A stretch of DNA of 64,000 nt, from the sequence record MG589383; one strand, written 5' to 3'. Below the pieces are notes generated by a model that had not been told where the DNA came from, did not search any database, and worked only from the letters and a program-made list of their open reading frames with translations. The position numbers and the translations under genes are program-made. The DNA comes from Shigella phage phi25-307. This document shows positions 47,292-55,685 of this stretch, one piece after another. Position 1 is the stretch's first letter; the number at the start of each line of letters is the position of its first letter.

Positions 47292-48392
47292 TTACGCTGT
47301 GAAGATTTTATCCCACATCGCAACAACTGCATCTCGGTTATACTTCTTCCATACTGCTTCAGCACGTTTAACTCGAGCTTCGTATGTATCAGTGAATTCT
47401 AATACAGCTTTTGTGTAAAGCGCAACTACTTCTTTCTTAGGAGTAGAGGAATCAATTTCTACACGCACAGTATCTGGGTCGTATTCAAATGTCGCATGAG
47501 GATAATCCTTAAAAACTAACTGGATTACAGGGACACCTTTAGAGATGGCTTCAATAGAACTATTCTCTACCGTACCTGTGTCAGGACATGTATTAATAAG
47601 TGCTTTAGCTGTTTTAAGACGTTCCATGATTTCACTGTGTGGAGCATCAATAATAACAGGATATTTAGCTGGTGGTGCCCATTTGCTTGGACAGTATCCT
47701 ACACCATTTTCGCCTAGTGCTTTAATCGCTTCAAGAGCAACATCAGTACGACGCATTTTAGTGTCATAACGTTGTGCACTAATAATCAGATCAGTCGCCG
47801 GAAGAACTTCAGGTTTCTCATTCAAACAAATAACCGGATAATCTTCGGCTTCAAACAACGGATTTGCTCGCCAATAATCATAATCAATTTTGTCAGTCAG
47901 AGCTGAAGTCATATGGCAATATTTACGTTCAAATTCACGGAAGGCTTTAGTAGGAGCATAACTCTTACCGCCATTCTTATGAATTTGAATAGTCTGGTCC
48001 CAAATTTGAACAATGCCACGAGATACCGGTTCAAATGGTGTTGCCATAAAATTCTTATGAACTTTAGAGAGACCTGCGTCTTTAATTGCCTGAACGGTTA
48101 GTTTAGTCGGTTCCATAGTAACAACAAAATCGTATTCATGGATGCCGGCTAGTTCAACAATCTTACGAGCCATAGTATAACTCATACCTAGACTGAATTT
48201 AGTCAGATGACCAACAGGATGGTGTGTAACTTTCCAGTCACCAAACGTGTCATTATCAAAGCCGATATAATCAATATCAGCACCAATGGACACAAGATAT
48301 TTCAACACATTTAAATGTACTGCTTCAAGGCCACCTTGTACACGGTCAGGATTAAATGGGACTGCACGAGATGGGATAAACATAACTTTCAT
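47292..48392 (-). CDS. GT-B fold glycosyltransferase-like protein (GT4-like motifs), 366 aa
   Basis: N-terminal Rossmann start MKVMFIPS...GGLEAVHLNVLKYLVSIG.DIDYIGF and C-terminal E-x7-E-like segment TGTVENSSIEAISKGVPVIQL resemble retaining GT-B glycosyltransferases; no obvious match to remembered T4 alpha- or beta-glucosyltransferase N-termini. Confidence 0.55.
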   Translation of the reverse strand: MKVMFIPSRAVPFNPDRVQGGLEAVHLNVLKYLVSIGADIDYIGFDNDTFGDWKVTHHPVGHLTKFSLGMSYTMARKIVELAGIHEYDFVVTMEPTKLTVQAIKDAGLSKVHKNFMATPFEPVSRGIVQIWDQTIQIHKNGGKSYAPTKAFREFERKYCHMTSALTDKIDYDYWRANPLFEAEDYPVICLNEKPEVLPATDLIISAQRYDTKMRRTDVALEAIKALGENGVGYCPSKWAPPAKYPVIIDAPHSEIMERLKTAKALINTCPDTGTVENSSIEAISKGVPVIQLVFKDYPHATFEYDPDTVRVEIDSSTPKKEVVALYTKAVLEFTDTYEARVKRAEAVWKKYNRDAVVAMWDKIFTA

Positions 48393-48404
48393 AATTAAGC
48401 CTTA

Positions 48405-48436
48405 TTAAAATTAAAATGAAGCTCCCGAAGGAGCTT
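48405..48436 (-). terminator. Intrinsic terminator overlapping the HNH endonuclease stop codon
   Basis: AAGCUCC-UUCG-GGAGCUU hairpin (48419-48436) followed by CAUUUUAAUUUU on the minus strand. Confidence 0.6.
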
Positions 48437-49232
48437 AGGACATCCAACACATTTTATAACCTTTGCAGGTTCTGTTAGGATTATTTAATGCTTTCAATAT
48501 ATTAGAAGACCCTATATCTAAATACTCCCTTAATTCATAAAGATAGTTAAAATCAATAGTTTCACCTGTTTTTACACTTGTGATTCTTATAGGCCTTCTT
48601 TCATATTTAGATTTATACAACTCTCTAGTCTTAGCTTTAGTTTCTTCTGACCTAGGAGTGTATGGTTTAAATCCTTTTGTTTTAAATGTTTCCATTCTTG
48701 ATTTAGTTATTTTATCCTGGTGTTCTTTTGTTTTTACAGGTGCTTTTCGCCCATTCTCCCAAGATAACTTGTTGGCCTGTATTATTTTATCTATTGCTTC
48801 TTGCGTATGAGTTTTACCATAAAATGGATTTAATTCGCCTATACGTTGTGAAGCAATATGTGACATTAATTCTCTTGTTGCTTTAGTATGTTTTTTACCT
48901 TTAAATGGGTTGCCATTTTTAGCAATCCATTCTTTCATAAATCTAGAGTGCTCTTTAGAGAATTCTTGTTTAAGCCAATCATAATCTCTAGAATTTCTAG
49001 CTCCCATGTAAAAAGCTCTAATAGCCATAAGCATAGAACGGTTCTTATGAATTTTATAAAGCAATAAATGGGCGATAAAATGCTCTCTAGGGGTCATTTT
49101 AACTAGATTTGATTTAGCATTACTCCCACCCATAGATTTAGGCAAAATATGGTGAGTTTCAGTATAATTAGGAATAGTGCTGCGGTTTTTAGCCGCAGCG
49201 ATAAGTTTATCATAAATTTTACGATAATTCAT
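48435..49232 (-). CDS. HNH homing endonuclease (Mob-like), 265 aa
   Basis: HNH motif TETHHILPKSMGGSN...NLVKMTPREHFIAH and repeated NPF(K/Y)GK.HT NUMOD-like motifs; start overlaps the gene 39 stop (TAATG). Confidence 0.8.
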   Translation of the reverse strand: MNYRKIYDKLIAAAKNRSTIPNYTETHHILPKSMGGSNAKSNLVKMTPREHFIAHLLLYKIHKNRSMLMAIRAFYMGARNSRDYDWLKQEFSKEHSRFMKEWIAKNGNPFKGKKHTKATRELMSHIASQRIGELNPFYGKTHTQEAIDKIIQANKLSWENGRKAPVKTKEHQDKITKSRMETFKTKGFKPYTPRSEETKAKTRELYKSKYERRPIRITSVKTGETIDFNYLYELREYLDIGSSNILKALNNPNRTCKGYKMCWMS

Positions 49233-51052
49233 TATCCTAGCATCCAATCTTTACGGAGTTCAGGGTCGTTACCCATGAGCATTTCAAATAGTTCTTTCCA
49301 ATTTTCAGGAAGTTTAACTACGTCGTACACAGGGTTTTGAATCATTTCTTTATATTCATCCCGCTGAAGTGAGCCCAATCCCTTGATGTATCGAATACTA
49401 TGCTTAGGCAGTGTATCTTTGGCTTCTTCATACTCAGCTACAGTATAAAACCATTTTTGAGTTTTGCCAATTTGTGCAATAATTACAGGCGTTTTAACAA
49501 AGCGAATACGTCCTTGTTCAAACAATTCAGGCCAATTACTAAAGAAAGCAAGCAAAGCCGGATAAATACTTCCAAGACCGTCATGATCGGCATCGGTCAT
49601 AATTGCAATATTACGATAGTTCGTATTCTCTGCCTTTTCACCAAGAATAAGACCTGTGATAGCACAGATATCAAAGAGCTCTTTGTTCTTCATCATATCA
49701 GCATATGACATACCCCAGCTATTCATCACCTTACCACGTAATGGGAATCCACCGTGTAGTTCACGGTCACGAACATCAATGAGATAACCAATTGCCGAAT
49801 CACCTTCTGTTAAAAACAATGTCGTATCTGCATCTTTACCACATTGGTTAGCTTTAATATGCTTATGAACCTTAGCTTTAGTTGCCTTTTTAGCTGCTTT
49901 AGTTTCTGCAGCCTTTTCTGCTGCCAATTTACGAGCTAATGCTGCTTCAACAATAGGCATAATCAAAGCTTCATTTTTAAGAAGTGCCTGAGCAATTTTC
50001 TTAGCATCTAATTGGATATGATTACGAATATCACCATACGTTGACGTTAAACGTTCTTTAGTCTGAGAATCAAAACGCATGTTGCTCATGTCTCTAATAA
50101 ACATCAACATTGTGAGGCATTCTTTAACACGAGCTTTAGTGACTTCAATACCCTTATATTTCTTTTTAATACCGGGCAAAAGATGTTCGCAGATATCATC
50201 CATTACACATTCAACATGATGACCACCATTTTTAGTATGGATGTTATTCACATAAGTTAAATGACGGAAGCCATCTGGTGATGTTGTGAATGCTATAGAG
50301 ACTTTATCATTTTCTTGAATGATGTTATCTTCGCCAAATTGTTTAGCAAATCGTTTAAAATTACCATCAACCTTTTTACCATTAAATGTGAACTTGATAT
50401 CAGGATAAACGACTGCCAATGTTTGAAGACGGTCTAAAGTAATATCTAAATAAATTTGAGATAAATTATGCTCTTCAAATGAAGAGAAATCAGGAGTGAA
50501 GATTACTTTAGTGCCTTTACCTTTAGATTTCTTAGAAGACCATGATTTGTTTTCCATTCCGTTTGAACAGTTAACAGTGATTTCATTTTCGCCATCTGAC
50601 GTGATGCCTGTAAACAACGTAGAGAAGATATTAGTTAAACTACTCCCGACGCCGTTCATACCACCAGTCTTGCGTTCAGAGTCATCACCAAAGTTACCAC
50701 CGGCCTTTGGAATAGTCCAGGCCGCTACAGGCCCAGGAATTTGTTCACCTGTTTGGTCGGTAACTAAACCTTGAGGAATACCACGTCCGTTATCTTCCAC
50801 TGAGACTTGATTATTTTTAATTTGCACATCAATTTTATTTGCAAACTTAAATGATGTACGAATAGCTTCATCAACCGAGTTGTCAATAATCTCATCGATT
50901 AATTTAACAAGACCAGGAACATATTCAACTTGTTGATATTTACCAAACAAAAAACGCTCATGGGCTTCTTTAGCCGAAGAACCAATATACATGCCACTGC
51001 GTTTCTTAATATGTTCTACATCTGACAATACCTTAATTTCATTTTTAATCAT
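49232..51052 (-). CDS. 39: DNA topoisomerase II large subunit, single fused ORF equivalent to T4 39 plus 60, 606 aa
   Basis: GyrB-like ATPase N-terminus (HIKKRSGMYIGS, VDEAIR...DNGRGIP) and TOPRIM region in one continuous frame. Confidence 0.92.
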   Translation of the reverse strand: MIKNEIKVLSDVEHIKKRSGMYIGSSAKEAHERFLFGKYQQVEYVPGLVKLIDEIIDNSVDEAIRTSFKFANKIDVQIKNNQVSVEDNGRGIPQGLVTDQTGEQIPGPVAAWTIPKAGGNFGDDSERKTGGMNGVGSSLTNIFSTLFTGITSDGENEITVNCSNGMENKSWSSKKSKGKGTKVIFTPDFSSFEEHNLSQIYLDITLDRLQTLAVVYPDIKFTFNGKKVDGNFKRFAKQFGEDNIIQENDKVSIAFTTSPDGFRHLTYVNNIHTKNGGHHVECVMDDICEHLLPGIKKKYKGIEVTKARVKECLTMLMFIRDMSNMRFDSQTKERLTSTYGDIRNHIQLDAKKIAQALLKNEALIMPIVEAALARKLAAEKAAETKAAKKATKAKVHKHIKANQCGKDADTTLFLTEGDSAIGYLIDVRDRELHGGFPLRGKVMNSWGMSYADMMKNKELFDICAITGLILGEKAENTNYRNIAIMTDADHDGLGSIYPALLAFFSNWPELFEQGRIRFVKTPVIIAQIGKTQKWFYTVAEYEEAKDTLPKHSIRYIKGLGSLQRDEYKEMIQNPVYDVVKLPENWKELFEMLMGNDPELRKDWMLG

Positions 51053-51074
51053 GTTGTCTCCTCGTTATGAAGGT

Positions 51075-51099
51075 ATTCTATCATCCGAAATCTAAAGCA
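51075..51099 (-). promoter_or_regulatory. MotA-dependent middle promoter for gene 39 (TGCTTTA, 12 nt, TAGAAT)
   Basis: Minus strand TTTGCTTTAGATTTCGGATGATAGAAT, just downstream of the UUCG hairpin terminator at 51104-51115. Confidence 0.45.
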
Positions 51100-51100
51100 A

Positions 51101-51115
51101 AAAGGGCCGAAGCCC
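51101..51115 (-). terminator. Intrinsic terminator (GGGC-UUCG-GCCC plus UUUUUG)
   Basis: Short GC hairpin with UUCG loop directly after the stop of ORF 51116..51541. Confidence 0.5.
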
Positions 51116-51541
51116 TTATTTAAATTTAATTTTCTGAAGTGCATCAATTGCAGCCAAACGCCCTTGTTCACTTTTAACTGTAATGACCACATCGCCTGAT
51201 ACGATCACCGAACCATCAACAAATTCTATAGAGCCTTTTTTGAAATCGACAGATGTATCTGGTTCCGGAACTTCTTCAAAGAATTTAAATTCTGCACCAT
51301 AAAGCAGAATATCACCTTGCATACTATGAATAGTTCGGCCATAATCGCCTACGGCTTCTACAGCAATCACAGAAACGCCGTAACCAATCATCTCTTCCAC
51401 AATAAAATCTTTGGACAATAAAGTAGTATGCAGATTAGTATTAAGACGTTTACCAGTCGTATTAAGAATTCTCAAGAAATTATCTTCCTGTCCTTTGATA
51501 ATACGATATTTCTTACCAACTTCAAAACCTTTAAAAGCCAT
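51116..51541 (-). CDS. Hypothetical protein, 141 aa
   Basis: ORF upstream of gene 39. Confidence 0.55.
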   Translation of the reverse strand: MAFKGFEVGKKYRIIKGQEDNFLRILNTTGKRLNTNLHTTLLSKDFIVEEMIGYGVSVIAVEAVGDYGRTIHSMQGDILLYGAEFKFFEEVPEPDTSVDFKKGSIEFVDGSVIVSGDVVITVKSEQGRLAAIDALQKIKFK

Positions 51542-51543
51542 AA

Positions 51544-51723
51544 TTAACCCTTCTTAAGTAAGTCGTAAAAACCACCGTTCACATGTTTAGGAGCAGAAAC
51601 CCGACGAGTAGACAAACGATGACATTCAGGGCAAACATCGTTTTCTCGTTCAGAAATTCTTTTAATTTTTTCATATTCATGACCACAATCTTCAGATTGG
51701 CATTTATAGTCGTATAACGGCAT
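51544..51723 (-). CDS. Zinc-ribbon protein (FmdB-like CxxC...CxxC), 59 aa (below ORF-track cut-off)
   Basis: Hand translation MPLYDYKCQSEDCGHEYEKIKRISERENDVCPECHRLSTRRVSAPKHVNGGFYDLLKKG; fills the gap between flanking genes with 2-nt spacers. Confidence 0.65.
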   Translation of the reverse strand: MPLYDYKCQSEDCGHEYEKIKRISERENDVCPECHRLSTRRVSAPKHVNGGFYDLLKKG

Positions 51724-51725
51724 TA

Positions 51726-52136
51726 TTATTCCTTAAAATGTGCTTTCAACATTTGATACAAAGACCATGCCTGGTCGTTATTTTCGATAGTAATCGTCAT
51801 CACCGGAAATTCAGACAATTCGTCAAGTTCACCAGAATCTTGCTCTTCGGACGCTTGATATGGATTTTCAACTTCGTCAAAGAACTCTGCTTCATTCGTG
51901 GAGAGCCAGATAAAGTTTTCATCAAGGATATCACCGCCTGTTGCGTATCCAACCGTGCCAGTAGATGTCACAATTTTAGTAGGACGGCCAAGATGGTCAA
52001 CATCTAATACTTTAAATGGTTCCATGCCAAGACGTCGTGCATAAATCCCATTATCAGTGTGGTCTTTAATAAACTCTTCTTGGGCACGTTTATCTATAAA
52101 TTGGTACCATGAGTTAACGCGGAATTTATTAGCCAT
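51726..52136 (-). CDS. Hypothetical acidic protein, 136 aa
   Basis: Start trimmed to the ATG overlapping the upstream stop (TAATG); begins [10 protein letters not shown]. Confidence 0.5.
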   Translation of the reverse strand: MANKFRVNSWYQFIDKRAQEEFIKDHTDNGIYARRLGMEPFKVLDVDHLGRPTKIVTSTGTVGYATGGDILDENFIWLSTNEAEFFDEVENPYQASEEQDSGELDELSEFPVMTITIENNDQAWSLYQMLKAHFKE

Positions 52137-52363
52137 TAGTAAGTTTCCTTCCAATAAGTTGTACCGTTTTCAGTGATTTCACGGAAGATACCATAGATAG
52201 GCATTTCATCACCGAGTTTTTCGTAAACGTAAATCACTTCTGTGTAGCATAAAAATTCGGTCCAGTTTTTCTGTACAACAACTAAATCAGGATTAAACAG
52301 AACATCTTCAAACTCATCGATGTTTGAATCAGTAGTTACGTTTTTAATGATTTGGCGTTTCAT
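52136..52363 (-). CDS. Hypothetical protein, 75 aa
   Basis: Start trimmed to ATG 52363, preceded by GAGGAG and the promoter at 52392-52420. Confidence 0.5.
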   Translation of the reverse strand: MKRQIIKNVTTDSNIDEFEDVLFNPDLVVVQKNWTEFLCYTEVIYVYEKLGDEMPIYGIFREITENGTTYWKETY

Positions 52364-52391
52364 AATATTCTCCTCTTGTTTTGATAGGTCT

Positions 52392-52420
52392 ATAGTAACA
52401 CATCTAGAGGAGAAGTAAAC
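52392..52420 (-). promoter_or_regulatory. PeSL-like early promoter cassette (family A)
   Basis: Minus strand GTTTACTTCTCCTCTAGATGTGTTACTATAGACCTATC. Confidence 0.55.
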
Positions 52421-52424
52421 AACT

Positions 52425-52844
52425 TTATGCAAAAGATGCTGGACAATATTTTTTGATTTGGAACTCAGGAACTACCATGAACTGTCCAGCGAAAACGATG
52501 TTATAAAGCTTAACACCATCTTCTACCCAACGGTCGCTAATAAATCCGGCGATTTGCTTAGTTTTCCACGGCGTTCCATCGGTTCCCGCAGCAATAGTGA
52601 ATTCATGGTCTTTTACAACTAAAACAGACCTGCACAGTTTCCATTTGAACGCTTTTTCTTCTGGCTCAATGAATTGGCTTGAGACGTAGCCAATGTTGCC
52701 ATCGGCGTCACGAACTTTAACTTGATGTGGACTAAAGAGTCCACAACTTACAGAAAGAACTTCAACCAACTTCCCGGCAACTTTAGAGCGAGAAGCAACA
52801 GATACATATACGTAATCACCTGTAGAGAGATTTACAATATTCAT
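52425..52844 (-). CDS. Hypothetical protein, 139 aa; paralog of 52854..53309
   Basis: Shares VSVASRSKVAGKLVEV and FISDRWVEDGVKLYNIVFAGQF with its upstream neighbour. Confidence 0.6.
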   Translation of the reverse strand: MNIVNLSTGDYVYVSVASRSKVAGKLVEVLSVSCGLFSPHQVKVRDADGNIGYVSSQFIEPEEKAFKWKLCRSVLVVKDHEFTIAAGTDGTPWKTKQIAGFISDRWVEDGVKLYNIVFAGQFMVVPEFQIKKYCPASFA

Positions 52845-52853
52845 AATAATTCC

Positions 52854-53309
52854 TTAAGCTTTACGAGGAGACACATAGCGAGTGATTTCAGATTCTTTAA
52901 CAACTCGGAAGTCACCTAAGAATACGATATTGTATAACTTTTCACCATCTTCAACCCATTGGTCACTAATGAAGCCACACATAGTATCAGTTTTGCTTGG
53001 ATAACCGTATTCGTCGATGTAATCAAATTCTTTATCGGTTATAAATTCAACGCCTTTGCAAAGGGCCCATTTGAACTGTACATTAGGTTCAGTAGAAGCA
53101 AAATGAGCACTCACATGAGTTTCCAGGAATTTAGGACTTACGTAAGCGTACTGAGTATCCTGACGTCCAAAACTAGGAATGATTCGAACTTTAACTTCTT
53201 TAATACGTCCCATGCCATTTGTGCGAAGTCCGACAACTTCAACCAGACGACCTGCGGCTTTAGACCGGGATGCAGTTGATACACGCTTAATTTCACCAAT
53301 AGTAATCAT
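52854..53309 (-). CDS. Hypothetical protein, 151 aa; paralog of 52425..52844
   Basis: Start trimmed to ATG 53309 (the track start lies inside the -10 element); shares STASRSKAAGRLVEV and FISDQWVEDGEKLYNIVFLGDF with its neighbour. Confidence 0.6.
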   Translation of the reverse strand: MITIGEIKRVSTASRSKAAGRLVEVVGLRTNGMGRIKEVKVRIIPSFGRQDTQYAYVSPKFLETHVSAHFASTEPNVQFKWALCKGVEFITDKEFDYIDEYGYPSKTDTMCGFISDQWVEDGEKLYNIVFLGDFRVVKESEITRYVSPRKA

Positions 53310-53339
53310 AATTTTTCTCTCTTTGTTTAAGTTGAATTC

Positions 53340-53369
53340 ATTATACTCCATCCATCCTTGGATGTAAAC
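53340..53369 (-). promoter_or_regulatory. Early promoter (GTTTAC, 18 nt, TATAAT)
   Basis: Minus strand GTTTACATCCAAGGATGGATGGAGTATAAT. Confidence 0.5.
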
Positions 53370-53374
53370 TGGTT

Positions 53375-54052
53375 TTATCGCTGTTTTACACTTAACGGGT
53401 CAGGATTTTCAGGGACATCTTCAAGGCCAAGCGCATAACGCTGAGCATATTTTAACATCAAAATATCTTTAGCACAATCATGAATACTATCATGGGCAAC
53501 GAATCCTTTTAACGTACCCAACGGTAATGGACACATACTTAATCCTCGTGTCAACGAGTAAGCTTCGATTGCCGTACGAATATCGCGTTGAGCCCAGAAT
53601 TTAACCGGTTCTAATTTATCAGTATCAATCTCTGGTTCAGGAACACCTTCATCACGATAGAGGTCACGAATCAAATCGACTAATATCGGGAAGTCAAAGC
53701 TCATACCACGGCACCACATCTGTGATTTCCATTGGTCAACTTTATTAGCTCGACAATAATCTAAAAAGATTTTAATGCCTTCAAGCGTAGTGACATCGTC
53801 TTCAGACGGAGCCAAGTTTTTACGTGCTTCAGCCGATTGTTCTTTCCACCATTTCATAGTGGATTTAGCGAAAACTCGCTTCCCTTTCTGAGAAGCTAAA
53901 TTAAATTTAATTCGTTTACCTCGTTGAACAAGTTCTTCAAATGATTCAACAACTTCAGGGTCGGAATTATATGCAATAACCGCAAGGTCAATAACAGCCG
54001 CTTTTGATGTATTGCCGAATGTTTCAAAATCTATAATAACATCAGTGCTCAT
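53375..54052 (-). CDS. dexA: Exonuclease A (DnaQ-like 3'-5' exonuclease), 225 aa
   Basis: N-terminal DnaQ Exo I motif VIIDFETFG; size close to T4 DexA (227 aa); position upstream of dda as in T4. Confidence 0.75.
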   Translation of the reverse strand: MSTDVIIDFETFGNTSKAAVIDLAVIAYNSDPEVVESFEELVQRGKRIKFNLASQKGKRVFAKSTMKWWKEQSAEARKNLAPSEDDVTTLEGIKIFLDYCRANKVDQWKSQMWCRGMSFDFPILVDLIRDLYRDEGVPEPEIDTDKLEPVKFWAQRDIRTAIEAYSLTRGLSMCPLPLGTLKGFVAHDSIHDCAKDILMLKYAQRYALGLEDVPENPDPLSVKQR

Positions 54053-54061
54053 AATTTTCTC

Positions 54062-55375
54062 TCAAATAAAATGGACGTCAAACCGGCCACGAGTTGTGCC
54101 GACATACAATAACTGTTTAGCTAATTCTGAATCGGCATAATGGATACACGGTGTATAAACAAAGGCCGTGTCAACAGACATACCCTGGGCCTTATGGAAG
54201 GTTGATACTGGTAGTGCCTTCACCTTAGTGAACATACGTTTAGCATCCCAGAATTCGCTCCATGGAGCTTTACCACCTTTATTCCAAAATTTGTATGTTT
54301 CTGCGGTCTTAGCCAAAAACAAATTGAATTTATAAAGCTCTTCTTCAGAAGAAATAACCTTTATATCTTCGCGGATGTATTCTTCATCATCCCCATATGT
54401 TTCTACTGTAAGATTCCAGTATCGTATCATATATTCGCCCGAAACACCACGTGCTTTAACGAATGTAGACGTTTCTACAGCATCTCTAATACGAACGAAT
54501 TGGCCGTTATTGAAAAGCATTTCGGTAATATTTTTACCATCTAGCTTATATGTCTTAGTAAATGGCTCCTGTAGAACAATGACTTCGTCTTTAATAAATG
54601 GTTTTTCTGTTTCAAGAAGTTTTCGTCGAATAATTGAATTTAACTTGTCCACCGACTTATTTGTGAATGCCATCATTCGATTTTCGAAAAGGTCTTCAGG
54701 AGTTTTAACGACGTTAAAATAGTTCATCATATACGATTTAAGGTCTGTATATCCGTGAACACCATGTCCATCAACTACTTTATCGTAAATCCATTTGCCA
54801 TTACGAATATCAGTAGCAACATCAATAATTGGTGCATTGCTACGTTTAACTTCTGTAAGGTTGCATTGCACGAAGTCTTTGTGAGTGAAGAAAGGACTTA
54901 GATACGCAGTTGATTCGCCTGGGTCTACCGGACGAATCTGGCATCGGTCGCCGATGCCAATTACTGTACACCATTTAGGGATACTAGCTAACATTATTTT
55001 AAACAGAGAACGGTCGCACATTGACGCTTCATCAAATAACAGTACACGGCACAAGGCTAGGTCTGGAACCTTTTTCTGTTCAAACAATACGTTTTCTTCG
55101 TATGTAGTTGGGTTGATTTTAAGAATGCTATGAATAGTCGATGCTTCTTGTCCCGCAAGTTTACTTAGAACCTTTTTAGCGGCATGTGTAGGGGCTGCTA
55201 AAATAATACCTGATTCTCCAGAAGAAATAAGGGCTTCAACGATGAATCTAGTAAGGGTTGTTTTACCTGTACCAGCAGGCCCATTAATAGTTACGTGATG
55301 TTTCTTTTCTTTAATAGCGTTCATAACAACGTTGAAGGCGTTTTTCTGGCCTTCAGTCAAATCATCAAATGTCAT
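54062..55375 (-). CDS. dda: Dda DNA helicase (SF1B), 437 aa
   Basis: Walker A INGPAGTGKTTL, Walker B LLFDEASM; size close to T4 Dda (439 aa). Confidence 0.9.
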   Translation of the reverse strand: MTFDDLTEGQKNAFNVVMNAIKEKKHHVTINGPAGTGKTTLTRFIVEALISSGESGIILAAPTHAAKKVLSKLAGQEASTIHSILKINPTTYEENVLFEQKKVPDLALCRVLLFDEASMCDRSLFKIMLASIPKWCTVIGIGDRCQIRPVDPGESTAYLSPFFTHKDFVQCNLTEVKRSNAPIIDVATDIRNGKWIYDKVVDGHGVHGYTDLKSYMMNYFNVVKTPEDLFENRMMAFTNKSVDKLNSIIRRKLLETEKPFIKDEVIVLQEPFTKTYKLDGKNITEMLFNNGQFVRIRDAVETSTFVKARGVSGEYMIRYWNLTVETYGDDEEYIREDIKVISSEEELYKFNLFLAKTAETYKFWNKGGKAPWSEFWDAKRMFTKVKALPVSTFHKAQGMSVDTAFVYTPCIHYADSELAKQLLYVGTTRGRFDVHFI

Positions 55376-55683
55376 CGTAAAGTCCCTGCAATTGGAATAC
55401 TAACAATACGGCCTGTATCCAGGATTCGTTGATACAATTTTTGCGTCTCCGCATCTAGTTTAACGTGTTTCATTTCAAGCTTATTAAACCAGAACTTACG
55501 CGGAGTTTCGACCATTCTTAGAACTCCCATTTTTAAATCTGTTTTATACTGTGTTTTCAAAGTATCGAAAACTTTATCTGCAATATCCTTTCTAAAAAAT
55601 ACTGCAGGACGATGCTCATCAAGTGGAACCGGGACAGTAAATCCTTCCATATCTCGATAAACTATTGCATATACATAAACCAT
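55372..55683 (-). CDS. Hypothetical protein, 103 aa (dda.1 position)
   Basis: ORF with 4-nt overlap onto the dda start. Confidence 0.5.
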   Translation of the reverse strand: MVYVYAIVYRDMEGFTVPVPLDEHRPAVFFRKDIADKVFDTLKTQYKTDLKMGVLRMVETPRKFWFNKLEMKHVKLDAETQKLYQRILDTGRIVSIPIAGTLR

Positions 55684-55685
55684 AA

